Shown here piece after piece: positions 43,005 to 52,474 of a stretch of DNA of 64,000 nucleotides. The notes beneath the pieces are model-generated. The model did not search any database. It was given only the letters and a program-made list of their open reading frames with translations, and was not told the DNA's origin. The translations under genes were made by a program, and so were the position numbers. Each line of letters starts with the position of its first letter. Within the stretch, counting starts at the first letter, position 1. Origin of the DNA: Ignavibacteriota bacterium (GTDB lineage: Bacteria; Bacteroidota; Ignavibacteria; UBA10030); the NCBI GenBank assembly GCA_963790045.1, contig CAWBMS010000011.1, positions 260,715 to 324,714 on the forward strand, written 5' to 3'.

Positions 43005-44270
43005 ATGGCAGAATTAGAATCGATAGTATCAGAAAAAATAAAAACAGAAAAGTTTGATATAGAATCCGTGCGGAGGGATTTTCCCATACTTGGTATTCGT
43101 GTGCACGGTAAACCACTTGCATATTTAGACAATGCGGCAACGTCGCAGAAACCGCAGATAGTTATTGACGCTATCAAGAAATATTATGAAGAAGAAAATG
43201 CGAACGTCCATCGCGGCGTACATTATTTAAGCGAACTGGCAACGCAAAAGTATGAACATGCGCGCATCAATATAAAAAACTTTCTCAACGCCGCATCAGA
43301 AAAAGAAATTATATTTACGCGTGGTGCAACAGAAAGCATCAATCTTGTTGCGGCAACATTTGGCAAACTTCGAGTGCATGCAGGCGATGAAGTGTTAATT
43401 ACCGGATTAGAGCACCACTCCAATATTGTGCCGTGGCAAATGCTGTGTGAAGAACGCGGTGCGAAGTTATGCGTTGTGCCCATTACGGACAGCGGAGAAG
43501 TTGTTGTAGACGAATATATCCGGCTGCTTTCCGAAAAAACAAAAATTGTTGCGATCAGCCATATTTCCAATGCGCTGGGAACGATCAATCCCATTAAAAA
43601 AATGATTGAACTCGCGCACGAGCGCAATATTCCCGTGCTGGTGGATGGAGCGCAGGGCGTGCCGCATTTGAAGGTCGATGTGCAGGATTTAGATTGCGAT
43701 TTCTATGCTATTTCATCGCATAAAGTTTTTGGGCCGACAGGGTTCGGCGTGTTGTATGGAAAATTGAACTTGCTGGAATCCATGCCGCCGTATCAAGGAG
43801 GCGGGGATATGATTCGTTCCGTGACGTTTGAGAAAACGATCTTCAACGATTTACCGTATAAGTTTGAAGCAGGAACGCCTCATATCGAAGGGGCCATCGG
43901 AATGGGCGCGGCAATCGATTACGTAAATGCACTTGACTGGAATGCGGTAGAAGCATACGAAAAGCACTTGTTACGTTATGCAACAGACGCGCTTTCGGAA
44001 ATTAACGATCTTCAAATTATCGGAACGGCGCGCGAGAAGGCAGGAGTGATTTCCTTTGTGTTGGAAGGCGTGCATCCGCACGACATCGGCACGATTCTCG
44101 ATCAGGAAGGCGTTGCCATTCGCACCGGGCATCATTGTGCGCAGCCGGTGATGGATCGATTTGGAATTCCCGCAACGGCGCGCGCATCGTTTGCGTTCTA
44201 CAACACGACAGAAGATATCGATATGCTCGTGAACGGCATTAAAAAAGTGAAAGAATTGTTTCATGTCTGA
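43005..44270 (+). CDS. sufS: Cysteine desulfurase
   Basis: YLDNAATSQKP, EHHSN, SHK and RTGHHCAQP motifs. Confidence 0.96.
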   Translation: MAELESIVSEKIKTEKFDIESVRRDFPILGIRVHGKPLAYLDNAATSQKPQIVIDAIKKYYEEENANVHRGVHYLSELATQKYEHARINIKNFLNAASEKEIIFTRGATESINLVAATFGKLRVHAGDEVLITGLEHHSNIVPWQMLCEERGAKLCVVPITDSGEVVVDEYIRLLSEKTKIVAISHISNALGTINPIKKMIELAHERNIPVLVDGAQGVPHLKVDVQDLDCDFYAISSHKVFGPTGFGVLYGKLNLLESMPPYQGGGDMIRSVTFEKTIFNDLPYKFEAGTPHIEGAIGMGAAIDYVNALDWNAVEAYEKHLLRYATDALSEINDLQIIGTAREKAGVISFVLEGVHPHDIGTILDQEGVAIRTGHHCAQPVMDRFGIPATARASFAFYNTTEDIDMLVNGIKKVKELFHV

Positions 44271-44715
44271 ACTCCAATCATTATATCAAGAAGTCATTCT
44301 CGACCACAATAAAAAGCCGCGCAATTATAAAGTGATGGACAAACCGGACGCGTTTGTGGAAGGATATAATCCGTTATGCGGCGACCGTTATACGATTTAT
44401 GTAAAAATGGATGGCGATGTGATTCAGGAAATTACATTTCAAGGATCGGGCTGCGCTATTTCCAAAGCATCCGCGTCTGTGATGAGTACGATGATGAAAG
44501 GAAAAACGCGGGCGGAAGCCGAAGCGTGGTTCGAGAAATTTCATCAGCTTGTGCGCGGCGAACTCAAAGTAGATGATCATCTGGAAGAATTAGGAAAGCT
44601 GGCGGCGTTCGGCGGCGTCAGCGAATTTCCTGCTCGCGTGAAGTGCGCCATCCTTCCATGGCATACGATGAAAAATGCTATCGAAAAGAAAGCGGAATCT
44701 GTTTCAACAGAATAA
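44263..44715 (+). CDS. sufU: SufU/NifU-type sulfur-transfer scaffold
   Basis: LYQEVILDH, NPLCGD, GCAIS and RVKCA motifs. Confidence 0.93.
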   Translation: MSELQSLYQEVILDHNKKPRNYKVMDKPDAFVEGYNPLCGDRYTIYVKMDGDVIQEITFQGSGCAISKASASVMSTMMKGKTRAEAEAWFEKFHQLVRGELKVDDHLEELGKLAAFGGVSEFPARVKCAILPWHTMKNAIEKKAESVSTE

Positions 44716-44775
44716 TTCAACAGGAAAAATAATTTTATTTCTCACAATTTAATCATTATGTCTAAGGAACAACTA

Positions 44776-45171
44776 ATGGCAGAAGAAATCACGATCACGC
44801 CGGAAGCGGCAGTAGAAATCCTGCGGATCAAAGCGGAAAACAAAATTCCCGATGTATGCACACTTCGGCTCGGCGTAAAAGCGGGCGATTGTTGCGGCAA
44901 ATCTTATTTTATGGCGTTTGACGATAAAACCGGCGAGACCGACCGTGTGCTTCAGTTGCAGGGTTTAGCGGTGGCGGTGGATGCTGCAAGTTTGGTACAA
45001 ATGAACGGCGCAATTCTGGGCTTCGACAATGCACCCGAAAGCCGTGGATTCTATTTCACCAATCCAAATGATGAAGGCGATTCATGCGGATGTGGAGATG
45101 ATGCATGCGGTTGCGGTAGCGGCGAAAAATCTTGCGGCTGCAATGATGAAGCGTGTGATTGTGGACATTAA
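44776..45171 (+). CDS. HesB/IscA-family Fe-S carrier with a Cys-rich tail
   Basis: ITITPEA, LRLGV..GDCCG, GF.FTNPN...CGCG. Confidence 0.85.
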   Translation: MAEEITITPEAAVEILRIKAENKIPDVCTLRLGVKAGDCCGKSYFMAFDDKTGETDRVLQLQGLAVAVDAASLVQMNGAILGFDNAPESRGFYFTNPNDEGDSCGCGDDACGCGSGEKSCGCNDEACDCGH

Positions 45172-45174
45172 GTA

Positions 45175-45567
45175 ATGAGCGACGAAGAAAAAATAATAGA
45201 TCGCAAACCTGAAAAAGCTCCGACAACGGCTACAGGTGAAGTAGCGCAGAGAAAAGTTTCCGAAGCAATAGTGTGGGATGCGTTGAAGCAGTGTTATGAT
45301 CCGGAAATTCCTGTGAACATTGTGGATCTTGGGTTAGTGTACGAGTTAGGTGTTGAAGAAGTGCTGCCCGGAGAAGCGAATATTTTTATCCGTATGACGC
45401 TGACTGCGCCTGGATGCGGCATGGGCCCGATGATTGCCGCTGACGTGAAACGACGCGTGCAGCAAATTCCCGGCGTTAGTAATGTGCTGGTTGATTTAGT
45501 GTTCGATCCGATTTGGAATCCCGACATGATGACGGAAGCGGCGAAGTTGGTTTTGAATATGTACTGA
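45175..45567 (+). CDS. sufT: SufT/DUF59 Fe-S assembly protein
   Basis: YDPEIPVNIVDLGL and MTLTAPGCGMG motifs. Confidence 0.88.
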   Translation: MSDEEKIIDRKPEKAPTTATGEVAQRKVSEAIVWDALKQCYDPEIPVNIVDLGLVYELGVEEVLPGEANIFIRMTLTAPGCGMGPMIAADVKRRVQQIPGVSNVLVDLVFDPIWNPDMMTEAAKLVLNMY

Positions 45568-45671
45568 GCATGGAAATTGTTTCAGCAAGGGAACTGTTCG
45601 TTCAAAGAAGTCGTTATATAGTTTGAATTGAAAAGAGAAACGATTATTCATCTTACAGAGAGGAACACATT

Positions 45672-46299
45672 ATGGCATACGAGTGGAAGTTTAAAGCGCG
45701 TCCGTATTCGGATGAAGAGGCAAAAAAATTGTTAGCTGATGTGGTGAGTCCCGAAACAACGGACTGGCATTACAATACACATCAAAAAGGATATGTTACA
45801 GCACTCAATAACATTGAGAAAGCGTTAGAAACTGCCGATCGCTCTACTGCAAATGGAAATTACAGCCAGGTGGGAGAATTAAAACGGCGGCTGACGTGGA
45901 ATCATTCCGGCGCGTTGTTGCATGAAATTGTACTGGGAAGGACTCGGCGGCGACGGCGATCCGAACAAGGGGCCGGAAGTAAAAGCGGCCATTGAAAAAG
46001 AATTCGGTTCGTTCGATGTTTGGAAAGCGGATTTCAAAGCAGCAGCCGTATCTGCAAAATTAAGCGGCTGGGGATTGTTGGTGTTCGATAAATTATATTC
46101 CGGCAGATTGTTGAACGTGTTGGTGGATGAACATCAATACGGAGCGATCTGGGGCGGCATTCCATTGATTGCGCTTGATGTGTTTGAGCACGCTTACTAT
46201 CACAAGGATGGACCGGCTCGTGCAAAGTACATCGATAATGTCATCGCACATTTGCATTGGGGAAGAATTAACGAGCGCTACAAAAAGTTTGTCTTATAA
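45672..46299 (+). CDS. Fe/Mn superoxide dismutase family protein, +1 frameshift at ~45927
   Basis: WHYNTHQKGYV, HE(L)YW and LDVFEHAYY motifs; extra A in GAA A TTG. Confidence 0.9.
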
Positions 46300-46328
46300 A
46301 AAATAGACAACAATAGTTTAGAGGAGAT

Positions 46329-46362
46329 AAGGCCATGCAGGTATTGCTGGCCTTTTTTATTT
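46329..46362 (+). terminator. Rho-independent terminator after the SOD gene
   Basis: AAGGCCA...TGGCCTT followed by a T tract. Confidence 0.7.
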
Positions 46363-46487
46363 TGTTCAGATGGGTAGCATTTGTTTTTATTCCATTTTTT
46401 ATTTCCCCGACTTCTTTTTCATACCCTTCAACGTTATCTCAAAAATGAACGAGTATATCTTCATTATGAAAAAAGATTTCGTCCCTC

Positions 46488-46516
46488 TTGACAAATCAGC
46501 AGAAAAGAGATAAGTT
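46488..46516 (+). promoter_or_regulatory. Sigma70-like promoter
   Basis: TTGACA-N17-TAAGTT upstream of the 46696 ORF. Confidence 0.45.
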
Positions 46517-46695
46517 CCATCAGTTTTTTTCGTTGGAAACGCGATGAGCGTTTCGTTGTGCAATAGGTTCCAAATATCCGCATACTCAATTTCGACGAGT
46601 TGTATGCGTAACAGGTTGTGCGAAAATATATTGAATGAGATTTAGAACACTTTCTAATAATCATAAAATTTACTCACAATGAAGGAGCTATCGGT

Positions 46696-47379
46696 ATGAC
46701 AATTAACCAAACCAATAAGCGGGCAATGTTTGGAAAAGTTGCAGCGATCATCAATCAGCATATCGTTTTATTTGCGGGTCTCTCTGCGTTTGCATCAGCG
46801 TTTGAAAGATTTCAGAATTTATTAGAGATCATCGATGTTGCAGCAAACGATAAAGCCGGTGAATTCAAAATGCGCGATGCATCGGAAGAGACACTCATTA
46901 ATAGTTTAATGGATATTGGATCAGCGTTGGTTGCCTATGCCAGTAAGGCAAAACTTACGGATGTAAAAATTATGGCGGTAATGAAACGTTCGGAGTTAGA
47001 ACGCATGCCGTTAGAAGATTTGGGGCAAAAAGCAAAATCAATTTCGGAATTAGCGTCGCGGTATGCCATGCATCTTGCAGCACACGGAGCAGACGCGAAC
47101 AAATTGGCGAAGTTGAACGCCGCGCTGACAAAGTTTCTCGCTGCTGCAGCGACATGCAATGCAGGAACCGAACGAACGGGCACAGTAATCTCGCTGCGGG
47201 ATTTATTTCAGGAAGCGGATACCGTGTTACGTGAACAACTCGATAAAATGGTCGAAACGCTAAAGCGCAAACATCCAGAATTTTATCGTAAGTATCAGAC
47301 GGCGCGAGTGATATGTGCTATGGGCGAAAGCCAATTGAAAGAAGAATCGGTTGTAGATGCAACTGTTGCGGTGTTGTGA
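46696..47379 (+). CDS. Hypothetical all-helical protein
   Basis: RBS AAGGAG; helical; ends with LDKMV...PEFYRKYQTARVI. Confidence 0.75.
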   Translation: MTINQTNKRAMFGKVAAIINQHIVLFAGLSAFASAFERFQNLLEIIDVAANDKAGEFKMRDASEETLINSLMDIGSALVAYASKAKLTDVKIMAVMKRSELERMPLEDLGQKAKSISELASRYAMHLAAHGADANKLAKLNAALTKFLAAAATCNAGTERTGTVISLRDLFQEADTVLREQLDKMVETLKRKHPEFYRKYQTARVICAMGESQLKEESVVDATVAVL

Positions 47380-47446
47380 CCCTTGCAGTTCCAATGGCAA
47401 TGAAATAGCTCATTGTTTTGTGAGATGAGCGGTATGTGTTTCGTAG

Positions 47447-47478
47447 CGGGTGAAGAGTGATCTTCACCCGTTCTTTTT
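47447..47478 (+). terminator. Rho-independent terminator
   Basis: CGGGTGAAGA-GTGA-TCTTCACCCG followed by TTCTTTTT. Confidence 0.8.
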
Positions 47479-47659
47479 GAAAAATATAAAACGCTGATTT
47501 GAAATTGGAAATTTTCTCCACATAACTTCAGAACATCTCGGGGAAAACCAAAGAAGCTTCGGAAGATTTCGCTAAAAACAATTCCATTGGTTATTTGAAA
47601 TGTGTCTTGTTCCTCGTATATTCTAATTACGAAATTTGTTATCGTAAAAGGAAAAAAGC

Positions 47660-48583
47660 GTGCATACCCCCATTGTGTGGATCGGTTTTAATGTTTTTAT
47701 TTTATGCCTGTTGATGCTGGATTTGGTGGTGTTCAACAAAAAACCGCACGAAGTGTCTATCAAGGAAGCGTTGGTCTGGAGCAGTATCTGGATTACGCTT
47801 GCCTTGTCCTTTAACATCGTCGTGTATTATTGGTTCGGATATGATTTGGCGCTGCAATATTTTACGGGTTATCTCATCGAAAAATCCCTCAGCGTGGATA
47901 ATCTTTTTGTCTTTCTTCTATTGTTTTCGTTTTTCAAAGTTCCGCCAAAATACCAACATAAAGTGTTGTACTGGGGAATACTTGGCGCATTGGTGATGCG
48001 GGGCACTCTCATTATGCTGGGTGCTGCGTTGGTAGCGAAGTTTCACTGGATATTGCTTGTGTTCGGCGGCTTTCTTGTGGTGACGGGCATTAAAATGGCG
48101 CTTCAAAAAGAAGAGAAAGAAGTGCATCCCGAACGCAATATCGTTGTGCGCATGTTTAAAAAAATTATTCCTGTCACGCCGGGTTACCATGAAGAAAAGT
48201 TTTTTATCACGATCAATAAAAAACGATACGCAACATTGTTGATCATTGTTTTAATCGTGATTGAAACCACCGATCTTTTATTTGCTGTGGATTCGATTCC
48301 TGCCATCTTTGCGGTTTCTACCGATTCGTTTATTATTTATTCTTCCAATGTCTTTGCTATTCTCGGATTGCGTTCGTTGTATTTTGCGCTGGCGGGAATG
48401 ATCAATATGTTCTATTACTTGCGCCATGGGCTATCAGTGATACTCACATTTATCGGTTTAAAAATGTTGGTTGCCGATATTTTTCCGATACCCATTGGCA
48501 TAGCGCTGGGAGTTGTTGGATCAGTATTGTTGATCGCTGTTGTAGCATCGATCGTGCGTGCAAAGCGTTTACAACGGGTGTAA
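47660..48583 (+). CDS. TerC/Alx family membrane protein
   Basis: EKSLSVDNLFVF, DLLFAVDSIPA and SNVFAILGLR motifs. Confidence 0.93.
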   Translation: MHTPIVWIGFNVFILCLLMLDLVVFNKKPHEVSIKEALVWSSIWITLALSFNIVVYYWFGYDLALQYFTGYLIEKSLSVDNLFVFLLLFSFFKVPPKYQHKVLYWGILGALVMRGTLIMLGAALVAKFHWILLVFGGFLVVTGIKMALQKEEKEVHPERNIVVRMFKKIIPVTPGYHEEKFFITINKKRYATLLIIVLIVIETTDLLFAVDSIPAIFAVSTDSFIIYSSNVFAILGLRSLYFALAGMINMFYYLRHGLSVILTFIGLKMLVADIFPIPIGIALGVVGSVLLIAVVASIVRAKRLQRV

Positions 48584-48620
48584 TAATATACGCCGATAAA
48601 AAATTTCTTAATCAGAAAAG

Positions 48621-48830
48621 TTAGTTTTGAATCTTGCCGTGCATCACTGCTTCAGCGAAAGCGCGGAAACTCCGGTCGTACGTTTGTTCGATGGAATCGG
48701 GAAATACACACGCCGGTAGTTCTTGATTGCGACGGTGATAACTGATGCACTCGCAGCACAAACCCTTGCGCGGGCAAGGTTCGTATGTGCAATTGCAGCT
48801 TTTTAAATTTAGTTGCTTGTTGCATTCCAT
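48621..48830 (-). CDS. Small Cys-rich protein (DUF6485-like)
   Basis: CNCTYEPCPRKGLCCECISYH...LPAC.F...YDRSF. Confidence 0.75.
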   Translation of the reverse strand: MECNKQLNLKSCNCTYEPCPRKGLCCECISYHRRNQELPACVFPDSIEQTYDRSFRAFAEAVMHGKIQN

Positions 48831-48838
48831 ATTTTTTT

Positions 48839-49420
48839 TTATCGAATAGGAATTTTGAAATGAACGGTGGATGTTGTTTGCCCCAATTCATTTGAGACAT
48901 CAAAACTGTATAATGTAGCGCCGACGTATGCATCGACAATATTTAAGATATACGTGAGAGCAAGGTAGATGGCGAACTCGTCGCGTTGATCGTGATAAAA
49001 ATCCCGTTGTGTGAGATAGGTAGAACTGCCTTGATGTTTCGCTGTATCTAATCGAACAGATTCTGAAAATAGATTTGCATTATCGTGATACAGATTGTTT
49101 TGTTGATTCCATGTGAGTGCAAAATAAGTTCCTAATCCCCAAAAGAGCGGAATGGTGTAATAGCGGTGTGCGTAAATTTGCCCTGCGCCGGGGAGAAGAG
49201 CTGAAAGCAGCATAGCTTTTGTTCCCGACTTTGTTTCAGGAGGCACGAATTGAATGGTTCCTGCAGAAATGGTTGCAGTATCAATTTGATGTTGAGTTGT
49301 ATCTTGTCTGATGATGAGCGATGAAGAAACTTTTTGCTGTGCAATTGCGGAAGATGCTGCGAAGAGAAAACAGCCAAACGAAAGCACGACAGTATGAAGT
49401 ATGAAGCGAGATCGTTTCAT
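48839..49420 (-). CDS. DUF5683-like protein
   Basis: A.LLSALLPGAGQIY and NIVDAYV motifs; downstream of parB. Confidence 0.75.
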   Translation of the reverse strand: MKRSRFILHTVVLSFGCFLFAASSAIAQQKVSSSLIIRQDTTQHQIDTATISAGTIQFVPPETKSGTKAMLLSALLPGAGQIYAHRYYTIPLFWGLGTYFALTWNQQNNLYHDNANLFSESVRLDTAKHQGSSTYLTQRDFYHDQRDEFAIYLALTYILNIVDAYVGATLYSFDVSNELGQTTSTVHFKIPIR

Positions 49421-49429
49421 ACCGGAAAA

Positions 49430-49819
49430 TTATTTCTCGACAACGGCAATCGCTTCAATTTCCACGCGAACGTCGCGCGGTAGCCGTGCAACTTCCACAG
49501 CGCTGCGTGCAGGTGCAGCTGTGTTCAGGAATTCGGCATAAACTTCATTCATTGCCGCGAAGTCATTCATGTCTTTTAAGAACACGGTCGTTTTAACAAC
49601 GGATTTGAGCGATGCGCCGCCGGCAACAAGGACTGCTTCAAGATTTTTTAACACCTGACGGGTTTGCACTTTAATATCGTCTTCCATAATTTTTCCGGTA
49701 GAAGGATCGAGAGGGATTTGTCCTGCTGTGAAGATCATTTTTTCATGCACCATCACTGCCTGACTATACGGACCAATAGGCGCCGGAGCTTTGTCTGTCA
49801 GAATATTTTTAAGAGCCAT
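49430..49819 (-). CDS. ridA: RidA family enamine/imine deaminase
   Basis: [21 protein letters not shown] and VEIE motifs. Confidence 0.92.
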   Translation of the reverse strand: MALKNILTDKAPAPIGPYSQAVMVHEKMIFTAGQIPLDPSTGKIMEDDIKVQTRQVLKNLEAVLVAGGASLKSVVKTTVFLKDMNDFAAMNEVYAEFLNTAAPARSAVEVARLPRDVRVEIEAIAVVEK

Positions 49820-49846
49820 AATAAAATCTCATTTGATCATGCTTTT

Positions 49847-50761
49847 TTATTTCTCGGTAGATGTAAAAAGATCCAGCAGGCGATCAAAATCATCGAGCGA
49901 ATAAAATTCTACAACGATTTCACCGCGCCCACTGCCTTTTGTGTGGACTTTCACTTTTGTGCCGAGCGCTTGCCGTAACCGTTCTTCCAGCGATTGAATA
50001 CTGGCGGAGGAATGTGCGTCATCTGATGCCCCGACAGATTTATTTTTCGGTTGTTGTTTGGAACGGACCATGTCCTCGACTTTCCGTACGGAAAGTCCGC
50101 CATCGAGAATTTTTTCGTACATCCGTAATTGCGTACGTTCGCTTGGCAGCGTAATGAGTGCGCGCGCGTGTCCCATGGAAATTTTATCTTTGCGCAATCC
50201 TTCTTGAATTTTTGTCGGCAGTTTCAGCAAGCGAATAAAATTTGTTACCGTGCTGCGGTCTTTGCCGACGCGCTGGGCAATATCTTCCGGCACAAGACGG
50301 CATTCATCCATTAATCGCTGGTAAGCAATTGCGACTTCCATCGGATTCAAATACTCGCGCTGAATATTTTCGATGAGCGCAAGTTCCAACATTTCTTCGT
50401 CGGTGGCAACAGCGATGATGTACGCAGGAATGTTCCGCAATTTTGCACCCTGTGCAGCACGAAGGCGACGCTCACCGGAAATAAGCTGGTATCCATTCGA
50501 CACACGGCGAACTGTGATCGGCTGAATAATTCCTTTTTCTCGAATGGATTTGGTTAATTCTTCCAGCGCACTTTGGTCGAAATCGGTACGTGGCTGGAAT
50601 GGATTCGGTTGTATCTTAGAAATTTCAACGCTAGCAATAATACCGATCTCGCCGCTATCGCGTTCGACAGCACCTTCCTGTACGCTCACTTCCGTGAGCG
50701 GTGTCTTTGGAATTAAGGCACTTAGCCCACGTCCGAGTACGGATTTCTTCGGTGTTGTCAT
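49847..50761 (-). CDS. parB: Chromosome partitioning protein
   Basis: LGRGLSALI, PNPFQPR, GERRLRA and ENIQRE motifs. Confidence 0.95.
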   Translation of the reverse strand: MTTPKKSVLGRGLSALIPKTPLTEVSVQEGAVERDSGEIGIIASVEISKIQPNPFQPRTDFDQSALEELTKSIREKGIIQPITVRRVSNGYQLISGERRLRAAQGAKLRNIPAYIIAVATDEEMLELALIENIQREYLNPMEVAIAYQRLMDECRLVPEDIAQRVGKDRSTVTNFIRLLKLPTKIQEGLRKDKISMGHARALITLPSERTQLRMYEKILDGGLSVRKVEDMVRSKQQPKNKSVGASDDAHSSASIQSLEERLRQALGTKVKVHTKGSGRGEIVVEFYSLDDFDRLLDLFTSTEK

Positions 50762-50764
50762 CTC

Positions 50765-51574
50765 TTACAGTTCTCCCACAGAATGAGGTTGCATCATCGG
50801 CGCGACGGAGAAAAATTTATTATTCTTCAAAACTTCTTTTGCCAGGTCCATATAATGACGTGAGCCGGCGGAAACAGCATCGTACAAAATAATCGGTTTG
50901 CCGAAACTCGGCGCTTCACTCAAACGAATATTGCGCGAAACGATAGTGGTAAAAACTTTATCGCCGAAATATCGCTTTACTTCATCTACAATTTGATTAG
51001 AAAGCCGCAAGCGTGAATCGAACATCGTCATCAATACGCCTTCAATATCAAGATTGGCGTTCAATGTTTTCTTCACCATATTGATGGTGCTGAACAATTG
51101 TCCCAATCCTTCCAATGCAAAATATTCGCATTGGACCGGAATGAGGATTGAATCAGCGACGGTGAGGGCATTGAGCGTCAGCAAGCCGAGAGACGGCGGA
51201 CAATCGATGATGATAAAATCAAATCGGTCTTTAATCGGTTGGAGTGCTGTCGTCAACAGGTGCTCACGATTTTCCGCTCCGACCAATTCTACTTCTGCAC
51301 CCACAAGGTTGATGTGAGAAGGAAGGACGGAGAGGTACGGCATTTGTGTAGGGATGATGGCATCGGCTGCGGGAAGTTCACCAACGAGTACTTCGTAAAT
51401 GGTGCGTCCTTCTGTCCCGGATGCGCCGACGCCGCTGGTGGCATTTGCCTGCGGGTCATTGTCGATCAACAAGACACGTTTTTCCGCCGCTGCTAATGAT
51501 GCAGCAAGATTGATGGCGGTCGTAGTTTTCCCCACGCCGCCTTTTTGATTTGCCACAACAATGATTTTACCCAC
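50765..51574 (-). CDS. parA: Chromosome partitioning ATPase (Soj)
   Basis: NQKGGVGKTT, DPQANAT, DCPPSLG and EAPSFG motifs. Confidence 0.96.
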   Translation of the reverse strand: MGKIIVVANQKGGVGKTTTAINLAASLAAAEKRVLLIDNDPQANATSGVGASGTEGRTIYEVLVGELPAADAIIPTQMPYLSVLPSHINLVGAEVELVGAENREHLLTTALQPIKDRFDFIIIDCPPSLGLLTLNALTVADSILIPVQCEYFALEGLGQLFSTINMVKKTLNANLDIEGVLMTMFDSRLRLSNQIVDEVKRYFGDKVFTTIVSRNIRLSEAPSFGKPIILYDAVSAGSRHYMDLAKEVLKNNKFFSVAPMMQPHSVGEL

Positions 51575-51683
51575 GGAAATTATTTACACTCTCTGTTCAT
51601 TCAAAAAAATATACAGCTTTTTGTCTGTTCAAGCAATACAACGATTTTTGATGCGAAGTAAATATTTTTATTCCTGTGACGAT

Positions 51684-51711
51684 AAAAAAGGCGTTCGTGC
51701 TATGAACGCCT
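51684..51711 (-). terminator. Terminator after the 51745-52146 gene
   Basis: AGGCGTTC/GAACGCCT stem preceded on + by an A tract. Confidence 0.65.
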
Positions 51712-51744
51712 GATTAAGTATTGCGAAAACAACAAGTGCTGATG

Positions 51745-52146
51745 TTATTCAACGGATTGTTTTTTTCTTTCTTGATAGATGTGCATAATCAAAGCAGGCA
51801 ACTGTGTAACGTCGGACTGTCCTTTGACAAAATAATCGATTGCGCCCCATTTCCATGCTTCGGTGGCAATTTCTTCCGATCCATGTCCGGTAATAAGAAT
51901 TGTGGGTGTGTTCATCTTCATTCCGTACATCCATTGCAGAAGATTGATACCGCTAATACCCGGCATCATATAATCGAGAAGGATGAGATCAAAACGTCCT
52001 TCCTTTAACATGGCAACCGCCTCGCTTCCGCTGCTGCACACCTCAACGGTATGTCCACTGTTGCGCAAAGCCGTTGCAAGGACTAGCCGATATGTTGGTT
52101 CATCGTCAACGACCAATATTTTTAATACGAGCACTGGTTCACTCAT
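51745..52146 (-). CDS. Single-domain response regulator
   Basis: ILVVDDE, LLDYMMP and ITGHG...K motifs. Confidence 0.9.
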   Translation of the reverse strand: MSEPVLVLKILVVDDEPTYRLVLATALRNSGHTVEVCSSGSEAVAMLKEGRFDLILLDYMMPGISGINLLQWMYGMKMNTPTILITGHGSEEIATEAWKWGAIDYFVKGQSDVTQLPALIMHIYQERKKQSVE

Positions 52147-52474
52147 ACCATCACTCTCCTGTACTCATTGAATATAAATTCATGATACGATGATGTTTTT
52201 TGAGATGCAAATTATTGTGCAACGGATGGCCGGAGAATTACTATATTGGAAACATCAATAAAATCAAGGTGAAACTAAAATTTTAAGGAAGCACTTGCTT
52301 TTCGTCATTGCGTCAAGTAAATTGGCGCGACAGAACGATGAGGCACAAACAAAAAACACAATGGGCTTGGATCTGTGTATTAGAGGTGTCCAAGAAATGA
52401 CAACGCGCTCAACGAGGTGATGAGGAAAATGAAAAACAGCATACAGTACATTTCTTTGATTGATGGGAGATATT

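Noticed and set aside
47480-47660. yybP-ykoY manganese riboswitch upstream of terC
   Set aside because: The characteristic GGGGAGTA-type consensus was not seen
49847-51750. parS site, or a plasmid/prophage partition module
   Set aside because: No parS palindrome was noticed by eye, and parAB sits in a typical chromosomal context
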